Of a stretch of DNA of 64,000 nucleotides, positions 45,904 to 54,174 are shown piece after piece. A program made the translations under genes and the position numbers. The stretch spans positions 96,694 through 160,693 of the forward strand of contig JANQRA010000023.1 in assembly GCA_028284765.1 (NCBI GenBank), read 5' to 3'. The notes under the pieces are model-generated. The model was not told where the DNA came from, ran no database searches, and saw only the letters and a list, made by a program, of their open reading frames with translations. Source of the stretch: Acidimicrobiia bacterium. GTDB lineage: Bacteria > Actinomycetota > Acidimicrobiia > Spongiisociales > ZC4RG35. Position 1 is the stretch's first letter, and each line of letters begins with the position of its first letter.

Positions 45904-46776
45904 TTGGATCTCTTCGCAAACGACGCACCTCATGTATTGGTAGTCACCGGTATGTCCGGTGCCGGTCGATCTTCGGCGGCCAATGTGCTCGAGGACATCG
46001 GCTACACCGTCATTGACAACTTGCCTCCGCAACTCCTGGCGTTGGCCGTTAAGTCCCACGACATTCCTGAAGAAGACGAGCACCTAGCCGTCGTGATCGA
46101 CAGTCGTGGGGGGCTCCCAATCGACGGCCTTCACAACGCTATGAACGAACTCGAGCGAGAAGGGGTCGACACTCGAATCGTGTTTCTCACCGCGGAGGAC
46201 GATGTGATCGTGCGGCGCTACAAGGAGAATCGTCGACCCCACCCCCTGGGACTCGACACCATCACTGAAGCAATAGAAGCTGAACGTGACATGCTTGCTG
46301 AACTCCGGTCGATGGCAGATGTTGTGATCGACACGTCTTCTCTGAACGTCCACGAACTCAGAGAGCGATTGACGTCCTTGTTCCAGGAAGACGAGAACAG
46401 AAGGCCGATGCGTGTTTCGATCAGGTCGTTCGGCTTCAAACACGGCGCACCTCGTGACACAGACCTGGTGTTCGACGTGCGTTTTCTGCCGAATCCTCAT
46501 TGGGTTCCTGAACTAAGGGACCAGCGAGGGACCGACTCGGATGTCAGTGAATATGTGTTGTCGTCAGACGGTGCCGCCGAGTTCGTTGATCGAATCGACG
46601 AGCTCCTGGACTTCCTGATCCCCCGCTATCAGGTGGAGGGCAAGTCGTATCTCTCGATTGGCGTCGGTTGTACCGGAGGACATCACAGGTCGGTGGCGAT
46701 CGCCGAGGAACTGGCGCGAAGGGTCGCCGATGAGGAAGTCAACGCCGTAGTCAGACATCGGGACATCGACCGTTGA
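45904..46776 (+). CDS. rapZ: RNase adapter protein RapZ (P-loop NTPase)
   Basis: VVTGMSGAGRS P-loop near the N-terminus when TTG 45904 is used, plus C-terminal GCTGGHHRSV. Conserved position after uvrC. Confidence 0.88.
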   Translation: MDLFANDAPHVLVVTGMSGAGRSSAANVLEDIGYTVIDNLPPQLLALAVKSHDIPEEDEHLAVVIDSRGGLPIDGLHNAMNELEREGVDTRIVFLTAEDDVIVRRYKENRRPHPLGLDTITEAIEAERDMLAELRSMADVVIDTSSLNVHELRERLTSLFQEDENRRPMRVSIRSFGFKHGAPRDTDLVFDVRFLPNPHWVPELRDQRGTDSDVSEYVLSSDGAAEFVDRIDELLDFLIPRYQVEGKSYLSIGVGCTGGHHRSVAIAEELARRVADEEVNAVVRHRDIDR

Positions 46777-47738
46777 AGCCACAGACCGACACAGCCCTCG
46801 AACCCCTCCTTCTCGACCCCAACGGACCCTCAGTGGTGGCAGTTGGCGGGGGCCACGGTCAGGCCGCAGCCCTGGAGGCAATCCAAAGCTACGCCGGTCG
46901 GATCGGTTGTCTGGTCACGGTTGCGGACGATGGTGGATCGAGCGGGCGCTTGACGTCCCTTGGAATTCCACCGCCAGGCGACGTCCGACGGTGTCTCCTC
47001 GCCCTGACGCCAGAACCCACCCTTTGGTCGGAGCTGTTCGCTCATCGCTTCGAAGGAGCCGACGTCGATGACCACTCCCTCGGCAACCTGATCCTCGCTG
47101 GACTCACCGACCTCTTTGGCGACTTCTCATCTGCCGTCAGCACCGCTGGGAGGATGCTTGGTGCGCTGGGTGAAGTCATCCCCGTTTCGAACGAACCGGT
47201 CACGCTTTCAGCAGTTGTAGATGGACAGCGGATTACTGGCCAGGTTGCCGTTGCTCTCTCCAGGGGCCATATCTCGGAACTCAGTTTGGAGCCCGAGGAC
47301 GTGCTGGCGACGAGGCAAGCGCTCGCGGCGGTGTCTCAAGCCGATCAGATCGTGTTCGGACCTGGGAGCCTCTACACGTCGGTTATGGCAGCCTTGAAGG
47401 TGCAGATGCTGGCTCCCGCGGTGATGGATGCCAGGGCACAACGAGTGCTAGTGCTCAATCTGATTAGTCAGGATGGGGAGACGCTGGGTATGCAGGGTGG
47501 CGACCATTTGGACGCACTCGCCGAACATGTCGGCATCACCGGGCCCGGGGTTGTAATCGTCAATGACGGACCGGTTGACGTTCCGGATGGGCACGAACAG
47601 GTAGGGATCACCAAGGATGACGCTGCAAGACACGGCTGGGACGTTGTCTCGGCCGATCTCGTAGACAGGTGGGCGGAGTGGCCAGCGCACGATCCGATCA
47701 AGTTGGGATCTGTTTTGGAAGAGGTCCTCGATGCCTGA
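46773..47738 (+). CDS. yvcK: YvcK/CofD-like gluconeogenesis factor family protein
   Basis: VVAVGGGHGQAA and VTVADDGGSSGRL motifs. Has a 4-nt overlap with rapZ. Confidence 0.88.
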   Translation: MKPQTDTALEPLLLDPNGPSVVAVGGGHGQAAALEAIQSYAGRIGCLVTVADDGGSSGRLTSLGIPPPGDVRRCLLALTPEPTLWSELFAHRFEGADVDDHSLGNLILAGLTDLFGDFSSAVSTAGRMLGALGEVIPVSNEPVTLSAVVDGQRITGQVAVALSRGHISELSLEPEDVLATRQALAAVSQADQIVFGPGSLYTSVMAALKVQMLAPAVMDARAQRVLVLNLISQDGETLGMQGGDHLDALAEHVGITGPGVVIVNDGPVDVPDGHEQVGITKDDAARHGWDVVSADLVDRWAEWPAHDPIKLGSVLEEVLDA

Positions 47739-48870
47739 CTATTTGACTTTGGCCGACGTCGATCTCGCCGGTAAATCCGTTCTGGTTCGTTCAGACCTCA
47801 ACGTCCCGCTCAACGATGGCCAGGTAGCTGACGACTTTCGGGTCAGGGCGGCATTGCCCACACTGGAGACGTTGGTCGCGGCGGGAGCCGACGTGACTGT
47901 CTGCTCACATCTGGGCAGGCCAAAAGGCGTTCCCGATTCGAAGCTCTCGCTGAGGAGTGTTGCAACTCGGATGAACGAGCTCACCCGATACGAGGTGGGA
48001 TTCGACGACGGCGGTGCCATCACGGTGCTCGAGAACACGCGGTTCGCCGCCGGCGAGACCGGGAACGATCCGCTGACGGCCGACTCCCTGGCAGAAGGCC
48101 ACGACCTTTTTGTCCAAGATGCCTTTGGCAGTGTTCATCGCGCACATGCCTCAACGGTTGGGGTTGCGGAGCGTTTGAGGAGCGTGGCCGGTCCTCTCCT
48201 CGATGAGGAGCTGAGGGCCTTTCGGAGGCTGACGGTCGATCCTGCAAGGCCCTACGCAGTGGTTCTCGGCGGGGCCAAGGTGTCAGACAAACTGGGGGTG
48301 CTTCGCGAGCTGCTGGGGAAAGTGGACCGGGTACTCATTGGAGGCGGCATGTGCTTCACGTTCCTCGCCGCCAAAGGCATGAGTGTTGGCACCTCCCTAG
48401 TGGAAGAAGACCTGATCGACATGGTCAAGAGGCTGATGGACGGGCCCGATGGTCGGAAGATCATCCTTCCTGTGGATGTCGCAGTTGGCGAATCCTTCTC
48501 GCCCGACGCCGAGAGACGGGTCGTCGACGTCTACGCGATTCCCGACGATGCGATGGGACTCGACATCGGGCCGGCAACATGTTCCGGGTTTCGGAACCTC
48601 ATCGCCTCTGCCATGAGCGTTTTCTGGAACGGGCCGATGGGTGTCTTCGAATGGGAATCGTTTCGGTATGGGACCGACTTCGTGGCGCGGGCGGTGGCGG
48701 CAAGCGACGGATTCACCATGGCCGGGGGAGGGGACACCGTGGCTGCCCTCAGGCTGGTCGGCTTGGATGACACCGTGAGCCATCTCTCGACGGGCGGCGG
48801 CGCCGGACTGGAGCTGTTGGAGGGCAAGGAATTGCCCGGCGTGGCGGTTCTGGAAAAATGGGTTGAATGA
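47731..48870 (+). CDS. pgk: Phosphoglycerate kinase
   Basis: KSVLVRSDLNVP N-terminus, LENTRF, and STGGGAGLELLEGKELPG at the C-terminus. Confidence 0.95.
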   Translation: MPDYLTLADVDLAGKSVLVRSDLNVPLNDGQVADDFRVRAALPTLETLVAAGADVTVCSHLGRPKGVPDSKLSLRSVATRMNELTRYEVGFDDGGAITVLENTRFAAGETGNDPLTADSLAEGHDLFVQDAFGSVHRAHASTVGVAERLRSVAGPLLDEELRAFRRLTVDPARPYAVVLGGAKVSDKLGVLRELLGKVDRVLIGGGMCFTFLAAKGMSVGTSLVEEDLIDMVKRLMDGPDGRKIILPVDVAVGESFSPDAERRVVDVYAIPDDAMGLDIGPATCSGFRNLIASAMSVFWNGPMGVFEWESFRYGTDFVARAVAASDGFTMAGGGDTVAALRLVGLDDTVSHLSTGGGAGLELLEGKELPGVAVLEKWVE

Positions 48871-49628
48871 GTGACAGAAGACCGCTGATCGTCGGCAATT
48901 GGAAGATGAATGGAAACCATCTCGAGGCGATCCAGATGGTTCAGAAGCTGTCGTACCGGCTGGAGGAAACGGACTACGAGAGCGTCGAGATCGTCGTCGC
49001 CCCTCCGTTCACCTCGCTGCGCTCGATTCAGATCGTTCTCGAACAGGACAGGATCCCAATGAAACTCGGCGCCCAGAACGTCTATTGGGCGGAGAAGGGG
49101 GCCTACACCGGAGAAGTCTCAGCCACGATGTTGGCGAAGATGAACGTCACCCACGTCATCGTCGGCCACTCAGAGCGGCGAGCGATCTTTGGGGAAACGG
49201 ACTCAGATGTGAACAAGAAGGCGAAAGCCGCGCTCAGCGCCGACATGACGCCAATCGTGTGTGTCGGCGAGACGCTCGAGCAGCGTGAGGCGGGCGAAGC
49301 TGAAGCCGTAGTCACCAACCAGCTCAACGGTTCGATCAAGGGGCTGGAGGGAGCGTTTGTGGTTGCTTATGAGCCGGTCTGGGCAATTGGAACGGGCCGG
49401 AATGCGCTGCCGGAAGACGCCGCTTTGATGGCGCGGGTCATTCGCGAAGGTCTGCGAGAACGAGTTGGTTCGGATCGTGCGGAGCTCACGTCCATCCTCT
49501 ACGGAGGATCGGTCAACCCCGTCAATATCAAAGATCTGATGGCCAAATCAGACATCGATGGAGCTCTGGTCGGCGGCGCATCCCTCGATCCGGATAAGTT
49601 TGCATCCATCATTCGGTACCGCATATGA
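48867..49628 (+). CDS. tpiA: Triosephosphate isomerase
   Basis: [26 protein letters not shown] and GGASL. Confidence 0.95.
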   Translation: MSDRRPLIVGNWKMNGNHLEAIQMVQKLSYRLEETDYESVEIVVAPPFTSLRSIQIVLEQDRIPMKLGAQNVYWAEKGAYTGEVSATMLAKMNVTHVIVGHSERRAIFGETDSDVNKKAKAALSADMTPIVCVGETLEQREAGEAEAVVTNQLNGSIKGLEGAFVVAYEPVWAIGTGRNALPEDAALMARVIREGLRERVGSDRAELTSILYGGSVNPVNIKDLMAKSDIDGALVGGASLDPDKFASIIRYRI

Positions 49629-50368
49629 CCCACACGCTGATTCTTCTCCGACATGGCCAGTCCGAATGGAACCTCGCCAACCTGTTCACGGGATGGACTG
49701 ACATCGGTCTGACCGAGCAGGGCCAACACGAAGCTCGGGAAGCAGGACGGTTGCTGGCGGAGGAGGGTCTGGCGCCTGACGTGCTCTACACCTCGGTCTT
49801 GGATCGGGCAATTGCTACCGCCGATCTCGCCTTCGAGGCGGCCGGATGGGATGAGATCCCGACCCACCGCAGCTGGAGGCTCAACGAGCGTCACTACGGG
49901 GCCCTTCAGGGGCTGAACAAGAAGGAAACCGCTGAGAAGTATGGATCCGACCAGGTCCTGGCGTGGCGGCGTTCCTATGACACACCGCCGCCGGCCCTGG
50001 ATGTCGACGATTCGCGACATCCATCGCACGACCGAAGGTACGACAGGGTGGATCCTGAGGATCTCCCAGCAACCGAGTGCCTGGCTGATGTTGTGGATCG
50101 ACTACTTCCGTACTGGGACAAAGTGATTGCACCCGACATTCGATCAGGCAAGACCGTGATGATCGCGGCGCATGGAAACTCGCTTCGTGCTCTGGTGAAA
50201 CACCTCGACGGAGTCTCGGAGGAGGAGATCGTGAGCCTCAACATCCCGACAGGGATCCCGCTGGTCTACGAGTTGGATGAGAGTCTGCAGCCGATTTCCA
50301 GCCGCTACTTGGGCGATGAGGAAGCCGCTCAGGCAGCCGCCGATGCGGTCGGAAACCAGGCGGGATAG
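49625..50368 (+). CDS. gpmA: 2,3-bisphosphoglycerate-dependent phosphoglycerate mutase
   Basis: [20 protein letters not shown] and [10 protein letters not shown]. Confidence 0.93.
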   Translation: MTHTLILLRHGQSEWNLANLFTGWTDIGLTEQGQHEAREAGRLLAEEGLAPDVLYTSVLDRAIATADLAFEAAGWDEIPTHRSWRLNERHYGALQGLNKKETAEKYGSDQVLAWRRSYDTPPPALDVDDSRHPSHDRRYDRVDPEDLPATECLADVVDRLLPYWDKVIAPDIRSGKTVMIAAHGNSLRALVKHLDGVSEEEIVSLNIPTGIPLVYELDESLQPISSRYLGDEEAAQAAADAVGNQAG

Positions 50369-50443
50369 GCCAACCGACAGCATCCTGGTAACATGGACCG
50401 CCCGCCGACCGGTGGGGTTTTCAACGTCTCGAAACGAATACTC

Positions 50444-50683
50444 ATGGGATTTCTGACTGCACTCTTCATCATTGTTCACATCATCCTCTGCATCGGCCTC
50501 ACTGTGTTGGTGCTCCTTCACTCGGGTAAAGGTGGAGGTCTCTCTGATGTGTTCGGTGGAGGCATGTCGACCTCGAACCTGACAGGTTCGACGGTTGTAG
50601 AGCGAAACCTGGACCGGCTGACGGTGATCGTTGGCATCCTGTTTGCGATCAGCACGTTCACTCTGACCTTCGTCTTGAGCTAA
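50444..50683 (+). CDS. secG: Preprotein translocase subunit SecG
   Basis: Two TM helices around LHSGKGGGLSDVFGGG. ATG 50444 gives a typical 79-aa SecG; the tracked ATG 50393 is also possible. Confidence 0.85.
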   Translation: MGFLTALFIIVHIILCIGLTVLVLLHSGKGGGLSDVFGGGMSTSNLTGSTVVERNLDRLTVIVGILFAISTFTLTFVLS

Positions 50684-50717
50684 CGCGACAGATAAGATCG
50701 CACCCCTAGTCACACCT

Positions 50718-50804
50718 GTCGGAGTGGCGGAATTGGAAGACGCGCCAGACTAAGGATCTGGTGGGGTTTATAGCCCCGTGGAGGTTCGAGTCCTCTCTCC
50801 GACA
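50718..50804 (+). tRNA. tRNA-Leu (class II, long variable arm); hand-folded anticodon AAG
   Basis: Acceptor GTCGGAG/CTCCGAC plus discriminator A. D-arm GCGGAATTGGAAGACGC. Anticodon stem CCAGA/TCTGG with loop CTAAGGA. Variable arm GGGGTTTATAGCCCC. T-arm GGAGGTTCGAGTCCTCT. Collinear with the E. coli tRNA-Leu sequence as I remember it. Confidence 0.85.
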
Positions 50805-50816
50805 CCCCTAACCCTT

Positions 50817-50850
50817 GGAGTCGTGGAGACTCCGGGGGCTTTGTGCTTTC
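50817..50850 (+). terminator. Weak hairpin plus T-rich tract after the tRNA
   Basis: GGAGTC-GTGGA-GACTCC followed by GGGGGCTTTGTGCTTTC. Confidence 0.3.
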
Positions 50851-50927
50851 TGCAGGTGCCCACTCGTCAATTCGGAAACGTTGGCGCACAGCTCGGCTGA
50901 TGTCGCCGGGTAGGTTTCAAGACCATA

Positions 50928-51374
50928 TTGAGGCCTGGCACCGTGCGATTGCTACTTGCAGGACTAATTGTGGTCTCTGGCTGCGCCTCAACTGCAGATG
51001 CTTGTGAGCCGACTGTTATCGACTCATCGGGTGACGTGCAGGCCACCTCCGACGAAATCGAAGTCTGGGCACTCTTCTTCGCCACATACGACGGCCTTGC
51101 TCCCGGAGAGCCCGTCTTCGTTCCAAGGAGTCAGGAGATGAAGATTGTTTGGCGTTCCACGGGGGTGGGTGACGTGTCGTTCCAAGCGACCGGTCCAGAC
51201 GGTTCCACGATTTCTCCTATTTGGGGCCCCGATGGTCCGCGAGAGTCCAATTGGGACTCACACCCCGGAGAGGAGTGGGGTACAGGATGGTTGTTCCCTG
51301 AAACTGGGTGCTGGTCGATGGAACTCCGTCGCGGTGACGACATAGCGGTTCTCGATGTTGATGTCAGGGCCTGA
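50928..51374 (+). CDS. Putative lipoprotein, function unknown
   Basis: Signal peptide with a lipobox (LLLAGLIVVSGC). 148 aa and hydrophilic after the Cys. Confidence 0.55.
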   Translation: MRPGTVRLLLAGLIVVSGCASTADACEPTVIDSSGDVQATSDEIEVWALFFATYDGLAPGEPVFVPRSQEMKIVWRSTGVGDVSFQATGPDGSTISPIWGPDGPRESNWDSHPGEEWGTGWLFPETGCWSMELRRGDDIAVLDVDVRA

Positions 51375-51460
51375 CCTACTGGGTTCGAACCCCACTTCGG
51401 GGAGACGATGAACACTGCACTCCGGGGAACTCAAAGCGCCGCCGAAGGCGTCAGACAGTA

Positions 51461-53170
51461 ATGCGGCATCTCGCACGTCGGCTGTCGACACTCACGCTCT
51501 GCGGTGGATTGCTGCTCGCAGCCTGCTCGGAAGACCCTGCAATCTCGGATGTGAATGCAACCACGACCCAACCTGTTGGGTCTGGGCAAGGAGAGTGGAC
51601 AGCGCCCTCGGGCTACGCGTACACCCTCGAATCGCGATGTGGGGAGAGTTGGCTGATTGGGGCCTTTGAAGTCGAGGTCACCGATCATGCTGTGACCGAA
51701 GCCGTTGCCCTCGACCAGAGTGCAGAGTCCTTGCTGGCCAGCACAGGGCTTCAGTACATCCCAACCATTCAGGAACTGCTCGATGACTACTCGGCTGCCG
51801 TAGGTGAGGCCGACAGGGCGGAGATTGAGTACGACTCTCTCGACGGGTTCCCAACAAGAATCTTCATTGACTGGGATGCGGAGGCCATTGATGACGAAGC
51901 TTGCTACACGATCTCCGCCTACACACCGCTGGTCGAGTCGACCGACGGTCGACCCAACACAACCACGACCACCGAGCCTCTGACGGGAGAGATTCCCTTC
52001 GACGAGATTCAATGCTCGTTTGCAACTGCATCGTGGAGCATCCAGCCCCCAAGACCTGGCCCGGTAGACTCCGATGTGGTTGAGGCTCTCGAAGTGCTGG
52101 CAGCCGACCCCGAACACGCTTTTCTTCTTGACCTCCCTGACCCATCTAACCCTGAATTTCAATTTGAGTTCGGACTCTGGTCCAAGACTGACACTGAGCT
52201 TCTTGTCCTTGGGGTTGCCACCGACAACTACAACCACACAATGCTTCAGTTGGTTCCCAGCGAAGATGGATGGGCCCTCGCTCGCGTGTCGTTCTGCGTC
52301 TGGCGTTCGAAGGCAAATGACTTGGCTCCCGCCTCGATGTCTTTGGCCGAAGTGCCAAGCAAGTCTTCGACAAGCGTCCGCCTGTTCGTGAGTGGTGTGC
52401 CATGTGAAAACAACCAGCCGCCGAGCGAACGAGAAGTCGTTACGTCCGTGGTCGAGAACTCCGAGGCGGTCATCGTCTTTGTGGGCTTCGGACCCACGTC
52501 GGGACCAAATACGTGTCTATCCAATCCTGCCCTCGCCGTTGTGGTGGATCTCCCGTCGCCGCTTGGCGACAGGCCACTGTTGGACGGCCGCACGGTCCCA
52601 CCGCACCTCATATTGGGGCCGGGTGGTGTCGACTCTACCGAGTCCCAGCAAGCAGATCCTGAATGGCCAGAGACCACCGCAATCGGAGTCTTCGATTCCG
52701 GAGAGCTCGACGTCCAACTGGACGGCATCTTCCTCGACGAGCCGTGGATTGCTGTCGGCCCCGGCATCTTGACCCTTGCGAACGAATCAACTTGGACCAT
52801 CAACGAGAGCATCTTCACCAACAGCACGTGCCTCGAGTGGATTGCCCCAGATTCCGGATACACCAACGAGACCTCTGGGTGCCTTGTCCTCCTGAATGCT
52901 GACGGTGATCAAGTCCGTGAGCTCCTACTGATTCCGAGGGCTGACCACGAGGAGTTCGGTGGGGGTGAATTCCTGCTCCTCCAGCCGGTCGTGGATTTCA
53001 ACGAGACTCACGCCTTGATCGAAACCGACTTTGGGTTCTTCAAGGTCCCGATTGATGACGGTGTCGACACTGCCAGGTTGAGGGGCCCTTGTTTGGGCGG
53101 TGGTCCCAAGTGGTTGGCCATCAGTGAACAAGGTGTGCTGTTCGATTTCACATGCCCGGTGGGTGCCTGA
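51461..53170 (+). CDS. Putative lipoprotein (569 aa), function unknown
   Basis: Signal peptide with a lipobox (GGLLLAAC), a Thr-rich linker (NTTTTTEP) and several Cys pairs. Confidence 0.6.
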   Translation: MRHLARRLSTLTLCGGLLLAACSEDPAISDVNATTTQPVGSGQGEWTAPSGYAYTLESRCGESWLIGAFEVEVTDHAVTEAVALDQSAESLLASTGLQYIPTIQELLDDYSAAVGEADRAEIEYDSLDGFPTRIFIDWDAEAIDDEACYTISAYTPLVESTDGRPNTTTTTEPLTGEIPFDEIQCSFATASWSIQPPRPGPVDSDVVEALEVLAADPEHAFLLDLPDPSNPEFQFEFGLWSKTDTELLVLGVATDNYNHTMLQLVPSEDGWALARVSFCVWRSKANDLAPASMSLAEVPSKSSTSVRLFVSGVPCENNQPPSEREVVTSVVENSEAVIVFVGFGPTSGPNTCLSNPALAVVVDLPSPLGDRPLLDGRTVPPHLILGPGGVDSTESQQADPEWPETTAIGVFDSGELDVQLDGIFLDEPWIAVGPGILTLANESTWTINESIFTNSTCLEWIAPDSGYTNETSGCLVLLNADGDQVRELLLIPRADHEEFGGGEFLLLQPVVDFNETHALIETDFGFFKVPIDDGVDTARLRGPCLGGGPKWLAISEQGVLFDFTCPVGA

Positions 53171-53205
53171 CTCACGGCCAAGAACCCGCCCAGGCCGTTG
53201 CACTC

Positions 53206-54147
53206 CTATATGTCGAGGGTGGCTCCGACGAATTCGACGCTGAAGGCCTCGCACCAAATGAGCACGGTGTACGCACCGGGGTCCAATTGCGTGCCAGCAG
53301 GTAGGTCGTAGTTCTGGTCGCCGATGTTGCCCTTGAGGGCGCCGAGGTGGATCGATCCGTCCGGCAGCGACGTTTGATCAGCCCCAGGTACGAGGTAGAC
53401 CTCGAGGTCCGGTCCGTTCTCGATATCGAAGTTCTCGAATCGCAGCAGAAGTGATCCGTCTGGGTTCTCGAAGATGGCGGCATCGCCAGTTCCGGAGTGT
53501 CCGGCAAGACCTACGAATTGACCAGCCCCAAGCAGCACGGGTCCAGATGGCTCGGGGGGTGTCTCCGGCTCTTCATCATCCGGCACGGCTGAGTCATCCT
53601 GAGCAGCTGGCGGCTCGTCATCGGCCGGCTCTGTTGGGGGAGTGGAATCTGCAGTTGGCTCGTCGTCGGAGCTCGACCCGACCACTTCATCATTCGACTC
53701 TTCGAGTTGTTCAGAGATAGAGGTGGAGAATCCTTCGTCGACCACGTCGTCGATGAAGTAGGGAGAGATAAGCCACCAATTGACGATCACGAACGGCACC
53801 AGCAGCACCACCATCCGCACTGCGACCGGCACCCGATACCAAAGCATCAGGGCAAAAGCACCGGCGGCTATCGCTGTGCCACCGAATGTGAACAGGATGG
53901 TCAAGGCGTTTTCGAAGGGAGCTTCAAGGATGTCGGGCTCGATCAGGATCAACGCCAACATGACTACGGCGATCAACACCCCGGCGATGATCTCAGCTCG
54001 GGAGATACGGTTTATCAGCTCCCGGAGGAGGGGTCTGCGTCCGGGGTCGTCGTTGCGACCCGTTGAAGACTGGGTGGATGTTTGGCTCACGAGTGGTTGA
54101 AACCGCCTGTCTCTTTCATCTAGTCCCGATTCTGGGAGGAACGACAT
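53206..54147 (-). CDS. Membrane-anchored DM13 domain protein
   Basis: The C-terminal roughly 110 aa (GQFVGLAGHSGTGDAAIF...FENFDIENGPDLEVYLVPG...LGALKGNIGDQNYDLP...YTVLIWCEAFSVEFVGATL) match the DM13 pattern. Also has 3 N-terminal TM helices and an acidic/Pro-rich linker. Confidence 0.7.
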   Translation of the reverse strand: MSFLPESGLDERDRRFQPLVSQTSTQSSTGRNDDPGRRPLLRELINRISRAEIIAGVLIAVVMLALILIEPDILEAPFENALTILFTFGGTAIAAGAFALMLWYRVPVAVRMVVLLVPFVIVNWWLISPYFIDDVVDEGFSTSISEQLEESNDEVVGSSSDDEPTADSTPPTEPADDEPPAAQDDSAVPDDEEPETPPEPSGPVLLGAGQFVGLAGHSGTGDAAIFENPDGSLLLRFENFDIENGPDLEVYLVPGADQTSLPDGSIHLGALKGNIGDQNYDLPAGTQLDPGAYTVLIWCEAFSVEFVGATLDI

Positions 54148-54174
54148 AAACGGAGCATTAGGTCGAATACTCGC

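Noticed and set aside
51381-51393. GGGTTCGAACCCC, which looks like a tRNA T-arm and could mark a tRNA fragment or att site after the tRNA-Leu region
   Set aside because: There is no matching acceptor stem, it does not repeat the 3' end of the tRNA-Leu at 50718..50804, and no integrase or other mobile gene is nearby.
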